Positions 42,943 through 48,562 of a stretch of DNA of 48,562 nt are shown in pieces. Source of the stretch: Lysobacteraceae bacterium. Its GTDB lineage: Bacteria > Pseudomonadota > Gammaproteobacteria > Xanthomonadales > BPKI01. The position numbers were made by a program, and so were the translations under genes. Each line of letters opens with the position of its first letter. The stretch's first letter is position 1. The stretch is taken from NCBI GenBank assembly GCA_035444205.1, contig DAOMOD010000004.1, forward strand, positions 1-48,562. Direction: 5' to 3'. A model generated the notes under the pieces. The model searched no databases. It saw only the letters and a list, made by a program, of their open reading frames with translations, and was not told the DNA's origin.

Positions 42943-43866
42943 TCAGCGCGTCATGCGCCGTGCGTCCGCTTCGGCGGCGATGTAGCCGAAGGCGGCCCAG
43001 GCCCCGGTGTCCAGTACCGCGGCCCGGAGTCGCTGCGCAGCCTCGACATCACCCTCCACCAGGTGCCAGGTGGCCACGCCATAGCCTTGCGTGGCCAGCG
43101 CCAGCGAGCGGTCTTCGGCCGCGGTGTCGAGCAGGCCTTCCGCTGCGAGCTCACCGCGGTACATGCGCAGGCGCCTGAGATAGGCGTCGTTCTCGATCAC
43201 CTGAAGGTCCGGGGTGATGTTTGCGAGCAGGGCCTCGGCCTCGGCATGCAGGCCCTGGCGGCGCAGGCTGAGGTACAGCCAGTCGCTGGTGGCCACCAGC
43301 AGGTCGGGATTGGTCGAGTAGTCGAGGCAGGCGCGCCAGGCCTCGGTGGCGGCCGCGAAGTCGCCCTTGAGGTAGTGCGCCAGCGCCAGGTGGTAGAGGA
43401 TGTTGAACTGGGTGCTGGAGAGCGGGATGCCGAGCCGGTTGGGTCGGCCGTCGGGCTCGATCTCCACCGGCTCGCGCGGCATCAGGCGACGCGCGCGTGC
43501 AAGGTCGGTGACGGCGGCGTCGAAGTCGCGCAGGGTGATGTGACGATGCCCGCGATGGCGCAGCAGGCGGTAGGAATCGGGAAAGCGCTCAAGCCCCTCG
43601 CTGAACACGTCGACCGCCTCCTTCACTCGCATCAGGTAGGCCAGCCTTCTGCCCAGCCAGATGGTGTTGGCCTCGCCGGGATCGACCTCGAAGTCCGCGC
43701 GCGCCGCAGCCAGCTCGGCCTCGTACTGGCTGCGCGTGGCCTCGGGTAGCTCGGGCGCGTACAGCGGCGTGCCTGTGATGGAGAATGCCGCGGGTGCCTC
43801 GCCCGCGCCGGACAGAGCCGGAGTGAGGAAAAGGCTCAGCGCAAGTGCGGGAATGCGTGCATGCAT
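42943..43866 (-). CDS. secreted TPR-like repeat protein (307 aa)
   Basis: Inner start MHARIPALALSLFLTPALSGA (43866), followed by helical repeat composition (…FNILYHLALAHYLKGDFAAATEAWRACLDY…). Confidence 0.65.
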   Translation of the reverse strand: MHARIPALALSLFLTPALSGAGEAPAAFSITGTPLYAPELPEATRSQYEAELAAARADFEVDPGEANTIWLGRRLAYLMRVKEAVDVFSEGLERFPDSYRLLRHRGHRHITLRDFDAAVTDLARARRLMPREPVEIEPDGRPNRLGIPLSSTQFNILYHLALAHYLKGDFAAATEAWRACLDYSTNPDLLVATSDWLYLSLRRQGLHAEAEALLANITPDLQVIENDAYLRRLRMYRGELAAEGLLDTAAEDRSLALATQGYGVATWHLVEGDVEAAQRLRAAVLDTGAWAAFGYIAAEADARRMTR

Positions 43867-44018
43867 CGGGATGATCGCAGAATGGTGCCGAAGGTGGGCG
43901 CCACAAAGGCAGCCTAAGTCATTGATCTGGCGAAGCGTGCAGGTAGGCGCATCGGTCACGTACCCCCATAGATACCCCCAAGCAAGGCGCGGTGGACTTC
44001 CAGACTCGGAGGAACACC

Positions 44019-44219
44019 ATGCGCAAGCCTACCATCGCCGCCGCGCTCAAGGCGGCCTGCCCGCAAGTCGCGCTCGTCCAGCACGGCAGCCGCTACCGCG
44101 TCGACCTCGCCGCGCGCTGGCGCTACTCGTGCAACGTCGTGGCGCTCGCCCTCGAAACCTTCGGCATGGACCGCAACGGTACTCTCGCGGTAGCCTCCAT
44201 TGGCCGTTGCATGTGTTGA
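44019..44219 (+). CDS. hypothetical small protein (66 aa)
   Basis: GGAGGA lies 6 nt upstream of ATG 44019. High GC3. MRKPTIAAALKAACPQVALVQHGSRYRVDLAARWRYS.... Confidence 0.45.
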   Translation: MRKPTIAAALKAACPQVALVQHGSRYRVDLAARWRYSCNVVALALETFGMDRNGTLAVASIGRCMC

Positions 44220-44295
44220 CGGCACTGCCGCGGTGACTGCCGATGGTCACGGCACAAGCATAAGATCGGGTCTGTTGCGAGGGGAGGGTTTCATC

Positions 44296-44790
44296 ATGTC
44301 AGTGTTTGCTTCACGGTTGGATATTGCGCGCGGCTGGGTGAAACAACAGGAATTCGGCGCAGCGATGCAGAGCTACCGTTTCGCGTTGGATGCCGCATCG
44401 TCAGACGGCGAGCGACTGACCGCAATGCGCGAATTGCTTGCGGCCAAGGAATCGGGTGCGTCGAGTGAGGGGCCGCTGCGGACGGTCGCGGTTGCTGTTT
44501 TCGTGTTCACACTGATCGGAGCTATCGCATTGTTTGCGACGGTCGGAACGGTAGAGGTGCCCGCGAGCATGTACAGCACGCGCGCGCATACGGAAGTTAA
44601 CCCGTGGATACTTGCATGGGCGGGTGCTTCGGTACTCTCAGGGCTGGTCGCGATGATGCTGTTACTGAGGGTCGCGGGGGCGATGGACCTGCTGCGGCAG
44701 ATGTCCATGCGGCAGGCGGTGATGCGACTGGAACAACGTGGCGTCGAGCCCTGGACAGAGGATTCAGCCAACCAGCCAGCGAGTGAATGA
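44296..44790 (+). CDS. hypothetical membrane protein, lower-GC cargo gene (164 aa)
   Basis: GGGGAGGG is upstream of ATG 44296. A soluble helical N-terminus is followed by two TM helices (VAVAVFVFTLIGAIALFATV, ILAWAGASVLSGLVAMMLLL). Confidence 0.55.
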   Translation: MSVFASRLDIARGWVKQQEFGAAMQSYRFALDAASSDGERLTAMRELLAAKESGASSEGPLRTVAVAVFVFTLIGAIALFATVGTVEVPASMYSTRAHTEVNPWILAWAGASVLSGLVAMMLLLRVAGAMDLLRQMSMRQAVMRLEQRGVEPWTEDSANQPASE

Positions 44791-45053
44791 CCGCCGCCGG
44801 ACTGCGTTGCGTCGATTCCGGCCCGCACCCCCTACCCCTCGCGAGTTTCCGGGGCTGCTTCGCGCAATACGCGCCCGGTAGCTCTTTTTTCGCGTCAACC
44901 GGATACGGGTAAACTGGGCGTCGCTCCCATCGCACCCTCCGGCATGGAGCCCGAAGCGCCCGGCATCGTCCGGGCGTTTCGCTTTCTGCCGATAGCCAGG
45001 GCGCACGATCAGCAGCGGGGCGCCGTCATGGTGGGGCCACTGAGGAAACGCGC

Positions 45054-45443
45054 TCAGGGGGGCGCAGAATCAGCCGACACGGCAGGCACGCCATGCTCGG
45101 TAGCAAGTCGGGCGCGTAGCGCGTCGAACTCGTCTGCAAGCTCAGCATAGGCGTCGGCGAACTCGGGCTCGCGCATCCAGCGGACAGCCGCGGCCGTGGG
45201 GTCGAACGGAACCGGGATGAAGGGATCAGCAGGCATGCCGGCACGGTATCGCATCGCCGGCAGAACTGGAATCAGCCGAACAGGTCGGCATGCGATCCGG
45301 TCCGCCTTGGGGATGCTGGCGACGCGCAGGGCGGTCTTGCGCTGGCGCTCGGATAGGCCGGCGTCGGTGGCGGCTGAACTTCGGGTCTGTACCGTCCCGA
45401 TGTCAGTTCGCGCCCCCTGCGCAGGCTCAATCAGCTTGATCAA
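45054..45443 (-). CDS. hypothetical protein, possible HTH (up to 129 aa; start uncertain)
   Basis: The longest form starts at a TTG. Internal ATGs lie at 45254 and 45236. ...DAGLSERQRKTALRVASIPKADRIA... is HTH-like, and the C-terminal ...REPEFADAYAELADEFDALRARL resembles the N-terminal lead-in of XRE-type antitoxins. Confidence 0.35.
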   Translation of the reverse strand: MIKLIEPAQGARTDIGTVQTRSSAATDAGLSERQRKTALRVASIPKADRIACRPVRLIPVLPAMRYRAGMPADPFIPVPFDPTAAAVRWMREPEFADAYAELADEFDALRARLATEHGVPAVSADSAPP

Positions 45444-45592
45444 CTCCCCGCACCGCTTGATCGCCCGCGACTGAATCCGGTCGCATGTCTTCCGTAGCGT
45501 GTCGTCGTCGGCGGATCGTCGGATTCGACGCCTGCCTCGAACTGGTCTTCAGGTACGACGAGGCGTTCCTCGACGCCGGCCTCGACTGGCCG

Positions 45593-46018
45593 TCACTTGA
45601 TCGGCCCCAGAAACGCCAGCCGGTCAACGGGCTTGTCTTCGGGTGCGGCAGGCAGCGACAGCTTCGCGCGATCCGTGGGACACATGCCCAGGAGCGATAG
45701 CAGGCGAGTCAGGTGCTGATGCATGGTGGCGGTCATGCCCCCCGCGTCGGCAAGCATTCGCGCGTGAAGAATCGCCGCCTGCGTCACCAGCGCAGTGTCG
45801 GCATGGCGCAACAGATCGGCAGGCGCAGAAGCCACCAGGAAGCGGTAGGACGCGCGCGCGGCCTCGTCTTGCAGGTGCGCCGGTGGCTCGTGCGACAGCG
45901 GCGGGCCAGCGTCAAGGGGTTTCGCTGCGGCGCGTGCGGCCAACTCAGCCTTCGAACGGTGCGGCACCGAAGTCAGGCGGGCGACAGGTTGCGGGGCTGG
46001 GCCGGGTTTGCGTGGCAT
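45593..46018 (-). CDS. phage terminase small subunit-like protein (P27-family-like, 141 aa)
   Basis: Inner start MPRKPGPAPQP (46018). The layout ...EPPAHLQDEAARASYRFLVASAPADLLRHADTALVTQAAILHARM...LLGMCPTDRAKLSL parallels P27-type TerS proteins, judged from memory without a search. Confidence 0.45.
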   Translation of the reverse strand: MPRKPGPAPQPVARLTSVPHRSKAELAARAAAKPLDAGPPLSHEPPAHLQDEAARASYRFLVASAPADLLRHADTALVTQAAILHARMLADAGGMTATMHQHLTRLLSLLGMCPTDRAKLSLPAAPEDKPVDRLAFLGPIK

Positions 46019-46120
46019 GTCGGAAGTCCTCGAACTAGGGGGCGTGAAAAAAGGGCTACCGGGCGCGTATCGCGCCGGATAGCGCTGGAAGCTCGCGAGG
46101 GGGTAGGGGGTCAATCGCTC

Positions 46121-47035
46121 TCATCCGTAAATCCTCCGGCGCTTGCACTGGGGCCCATGCCAGTACAGCTCGCTGCTCTGCGGCTCGCCGCGATCGGTGA
46201 CGGTCAGGCGCAGCGCCTCGGGCGGTCGCTCGAAGGCCGGTGGTGCGTCCCGCAGTGCTGCATCGGTGCCGGCCTGTTTCCTGCGCGACTGTCCGGTGAG
46301 TACCAGCGTCACGCCGGCCTCGTTCCATCGGTCGGCGGCGCGGTCGCCCAGGTGATCCGGCAAGTTCGCTGGGGTAATGTTGCCGGCGATGACCACGGGC
46401 GTTTCGTCACGGTAACGTCGATCAAGTAGCGCGGTCAGCGTTCGCGCCTCGTAATCGCTGCCGCTGCCTGTGCCGATCTCGTCTAGCAACAGCAACTCCA
46501 CGTCCTCAAGATCGCCGATGATGTCCTCGGGGCTGCGGCCGCTGCGGTCATTCATGGCGGCTCGAAGGCTGGCGAACAAATCGGGAAGTGACACGTACCG
46601 AACGGAAACTCCCTGAGGCGCAACATGCGCTGCGATGCCTGCCAGCAGGTGAGTTTTGCCGGTGCCGATCGCGCCGAGAATCGCCAGCATGGGACGGTCT
46701 ACATGCGCGTCCTCAAGCCATGCCCGCAAGTGCTGTAGCACCTTGCGCTCGTTCGGCGTGGTCGGCGTCCAGTTCGCTAGCGTTCGATTCTGAAAGCGGC
46801 GCGGAATCTGTGCAGCGCTCCAGAACCGCCAGTCAATCCATGCGTTCGTGAACTCGTGCTCAGCGGCGTTCGACTCGGCCTGACACTGCGGGCATGTGGC
46901 GTTGGTCCTCAACCCCTCAGCGTCGATAGTGGAATATCTGCCGTGCCGCTGGCAGGCGTAGCTGGCCGGACGGCTGGCGATTTGTGCGGCGATGAGTGCG
47001 GCGATCTGGGCCTCGAAGTCGCGATGCTCAGCCAT
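46121..47035 (-). CDS. DnaC/IstB-like AAA+ replication ATPase with N-terminal Cys-pair motif (304 aa)
   Basis: Inner start MAEHRDFEAQ (47035) overlaps the upstream stop by 8 nt. Walker A GAIGTGKTH, Walker B LLLLDEIG and CQRH...CPQC. Confidence 0.75.
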   Translation of the reverse strand: MAEHRDFEAQIAALIAAQIASRPASYACQRHGRYSTIDAEGLRTNATCPQCQAESNAAEHEFTNAWIDWRFWSAAQIPRRFQNRTLANWTPTTPNERKVLQHLRAWLEDAHVDRPMLAILGAIGTGKTHLLAGIAAHVAPQGVSVRYVSLPDLFASLRAAMNDRSGRSPEDIIGDLEDVELLLLDEIGTGSGSDYEARTLTALLDRRYRDETPVVIAGNITPANLPDHLGDRAADRWNEAGVTLVLTGQSRRKQAGTDAALRDAPPAFERPPEALRLTVTDRGEPQSSELYWHGPQCKRRRIYG

Positions 47036-47852
47036 GGTGGGATCCTCGTGCGCCCAGGATTTCGTCGGCGTCGGCGTTATCGGTTTCCTCGAAGTCCTCG
47101 GGGCGTAGCCCCGCACGCTGGCGCGTGCGCCTATTGGTCTTGCTGTCTTTAATCGTTGCTCGAAGCCATGCGGCAGGGTCAGCAGGTGAGGCAGCAGCGC
47201 ATGCTGATATGGCCTCCGCGACGGCCGTCTGGTCTGCCTCCTTGCACAGCTTCCCGATGAAGGCGCGGGCCGCGGATTCCTTGCGGCCGCTGGCGGTCAG
47301 CAGGTCAACACCCTGTCGCCAGAACTCCCTGCCTGCACTGGCGGCCGCGTCAGCGGACGGGCCGTTGCTATTAACTTGGGTGGCGTGTGTGCCCCCCGTC
47401 TTGGGGGGCGTGTGTGCCACCGGTCGTGGAGCCCGTAAGGGTGGCACTGGTGCCCCCTCATCCACTGCATGTGTGCCACCGGTGGCGCTGGTGCAACCGG
47501 TGGCGGGTTTGCCCCCTCTACGGAGTAGGGTATAGACGTTCGTCGCCCTGCCGGCGCTGGTGCTGACGGCGATATAGCCGGCCTGCTCCAGTAGTCGCGT
47601 GCATCGCCTGACGCTCTCGTAATGCACGCGCGCCTCGCTCGCGATACGCGCCCGGCTCGGCCTCGACCACCCCTTGCCGGCCAGGTCGGCGCGCTCTATG
47701 ACCGCGTAGACGCGCAGCGCCTCGCGGGTGATGCGTGCGTCTAGGACGGCATCGACGAGTGCAGTAGACTGCGCGGGTAGTCCTCTCACGTCTGCATCCT
47801 CCGACGCCTCAGCCCTGCCCGGCTGGGGCGTCTGTACATGTGGGTCAGCCAT
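47028..47852 (-). CDS. winged-helix/HTH replication-initiator-like protein (274 aa)
   Basis: Inner start MADPHVQTPQ (47852). wHTH ...LRVYAVIERADLAGKGWSRPSRARIASEARVHYESVRRCTRLLEQAGYIAV..., then a Pro/Thr-rich linker with DNA repeats, then a helical C-terminal domain. Confidence 0.65.
   Translation of the reverse strand: MADPHVQTPQPGRAEASEDADVRGLPAQSTALVDAVLDARITREALRVYAVIERADLAGKGWSRPSRARIASEARVHYESVRRCTRLLEQAGYIAVSTSAGRATNVYTLLRRGGKPATGCTSATGGTHAVDEGAPVPPLRAPRPVAHTPPKTGGTHATQVNSNGPSADAAASAGREFWRQGVDLLTASGRKESAARAFIGKLCKEADQTAVAEAISACAAASPADPAAWLRATIKDSKTNRRTRQRAGLRPEDFEETDNADADEILGARGSHHG
47381..47505. repeat. iteron-like repeat cluster inside the replication gene (candidate ori)
   Basis: Three direct copies of G(C/T)(G/A)TGTGTGCC(A/C)CC at about 47382, 47408 and 47467. 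Inverted GGTGGCAC at 47441 and GGTGCAACCGGTGGCG at 47490. A relatively AT-rich CTATTAACTT lies at 47369-47378. Confidence 0.5.
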
Positions 47853-48096
47853 CGGGCGCCCTCCCGATGATCGTGGCCAGCTCGCGCAGCACGCGCGCCA
47901 GCCCATCGCATAGCGTCATGGCGTCGGCCAGGTCGCGCGGTCGCGGCGACCAAGTGCGCACGATCTCGGCGAGCCGGCGGGCGCCTGCGTCGGCGTCAGC
48001 GAGTACGCGGTGCGCAGGTCGGGGCTCGTGGTCGGTGGCGCTGTACAGCATGCGCATGGCCTCGGCGCGCTGTAGCGCCTCGACAGTGCGGCTCAC
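47845..48096 (-). CDS. hypothetical protein (83 aa)
   Basis: The GTG start at 48096 overlaps the alpA stop (GTGA), and its stop overlaps the next start by 8 nt. VSRTVEALQRAEAMRMLYSATDHEP.... Confidence 0.45.
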   Translation of the reverse strand: MSRTVEALQRAEAMRMLYSATDHEPRPAHRVLADADAGARRLAEIVRTWSPRPRDLADAMTLCDGLARVLRELATIIGRAPDG

Positions 48097-48326
48097 GCTG
48101 CACCTCGTTCCGCCAGTCGGCGGTCGCGCTCTGCGATGCGCTCGGCGATCCACTGCGCGACCTCGCGCTCGGACCAGGCGACCGTCGCCTCGGATAGCGG
48201 TGCAGGGCGCGGGAACGTGCCGGCCGCGATCGCGCGATACAACGAGGAACGGCGGAGCCCGGTCATGCGCTCGACTTCGTGACGGCGCAGCAGGCGGTCG
48301 GCGGTGGGGATGGTATCGGCAGTCAT
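48093..48326 (-). CDS. alpA: AlpA-family phage/island transcriptional regulator (77 aa)
   Basis: ...RLLRRHEVERMTGLRRSSLYRAIAAGTFPRPAPLSEATVAWSEREVAQWI matches the AlpA (Phage_AlpA) pattern. Confidence 0.75.
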   Translation of the reverse strand: MTADTIPTADRLLRRHEVERMTGLRRSSLYRAIAAGTFPRPAPLSEATVAWSEREVAQWIAERIAERDRRLAERGAA

Positions 48327-48396
48327 GTGGGGCGCCCGTGTGGTTTGGGGTGGGACGCCCGTAGACTATGCACACGCCCTCGCGGGCGAAAGGAAC

Positions 48397-48562
48397 CTAT
48401 TCCGCGATTAGGTTGGCGGCGAGGATCGCCGCCTGCTCGCGCTGCATCGCAGTGCCGGGCCGATCCAGGTCGTCTACGGCGGCAAGGCGCATCCGCGCGA
48501 CGAGGGCGGCAAGGAGCTGATCCGGCAGATCTTCGCGCAGGTCGCGAAGCTCGAGGGCCGGC
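48397..48562 (-). CDS. C-terminal 54 codons of an unidentified gene entering from the right edge
   Basis: Hand translation gives ...PALELRDLREDLPDQLLAALVARMRLAAVDDLDRPGTAMQREQAAILAANLIAE* with the stop at 48397-48399. High GC3. No family recognised. Confidence 0.35.
   Translation of the reverse strand, partial: PALELRDLREDLPDQLLAALVARMRLAAVDDLDRPGTAMQREQAAILAANLIAE

Larger units (their letters stand above)
43990..48562. mobile_element. phage-derived integrative element (prophage remnant or satellite-like), partial; continues past the right edge, left boundary approximate
   Basis: A co-directional, overlap-coupled module (AlpA, 83-aa ORF, HTH replication protein, DnaC-like ATPase, TerS-like protein, small HTH-like ORF) plus two opposite-strand ORFs, one of which (44296-44790) has visibly lower GC. 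No integrase, att site or tRNA is visible inside the window. Confidence 0.55.

Noticed and set aside
43961-43980. Direct repeat TACCCCCA-TAGA-TACCCCCA near the presumed left end of the mobile element, as an att core
   Set aside because: There are only two 8-nt copies, and no matching sequence is visible elsewhere in the window. The other element end is off-window, so the idea cannot be evaluated.
44795-44830. GTCGATTCCGGCCCGCACCCCC resembling a tRNA T-arm/acceptor 3' end, which would be a possible att remnant
   Set aside because: The T-loop is one base short of GTTCGATTCC, no complementary T-stem or acceptor partner is present, and no cloverleaf can be drawn. It is more simply a GCCGGA...TCCGGC hairpin after the 164-aa gene.
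45440-45592. About 50 open codons continuing in frame after the TGA stop of the TerS-like gene (…VEAGVEERLVVPEDQFEAGVESDDPP…), suggesting read-through or a pseudogene
   Set aside because: The protein already ends where P27-type TerS proteins end. Open frames of this length are common by chance at this GC content, and there is no recoding signal.

Overview
This is a high-GC (about 68-70% by eye) chromosomal segment. Its gene content and REP-type repeats look like a Xanthomonadales-type gammaproteobacterium, but that assignment is tentative. About 50 protein genes are supportable, and I saw no rRNA, tRNA or CRISPR.

Gene content, left to right:
- A tightly coupled membrane-protein operon: BPSS1780-like, RDD, SpoIIM-like, DUF4129, DUF4350 (1-5153, minus strand).
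- An orphan secreted protein.
- An OmpR-type two-component pair.
- A PspA/IM30, membrane protein, vWA operon.
- A rifampin-phosphotransferase-like PEP-utilising enzyme.
- VOC, AraC, DJ-1/PfpI and AAC(6')-like GNAT genes.
- A PlpD-like type Vd patatin autotransporter with an upstream lipoprotein.
- chrA.
- A DUF4139, DUF4398, OmpA envelope cluster.
- A Sel1/TonB-C protein and a TPR-GT41 (OGT-like) glycosyltransferase.
- An orphan ABC ATPase translationally coupled to a sigma54-type response regulator, followed by a histidine kinase.
- DUF6165-like, kdkA, an MBL hydrolase and moaACDE.
- An M28 peptidase and a TPR protein.
- From about 44.0 kb to the right edge, a phage-derived integrative element: AlpA, an HTH replication protein, a DnaC-like ATPase, a TerS-like protein and lower-GC cargo.

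The signal I consider most unusual is non-coding. Three consecutive intergenic gaps (34.6-37.0 kb) each hold an element built from tandem heptanucleotide arrays in inverted orientation around a related 84-115 nt core. The 7-mer sequence differs in each copy, but the period and the arm complementarity are kept.

Secondary leads:
- The satellite-like architecture of the mobile element, with iteron-like repeats inside its replication gene.
- The permease-less ABC ATPase coupled to the sigma54 regulator, which carries GAFTDA instead of GAFTGA.
- The PspA-vWA operon.

All family names are from reading the translated ORFs by eye. No database search was run.
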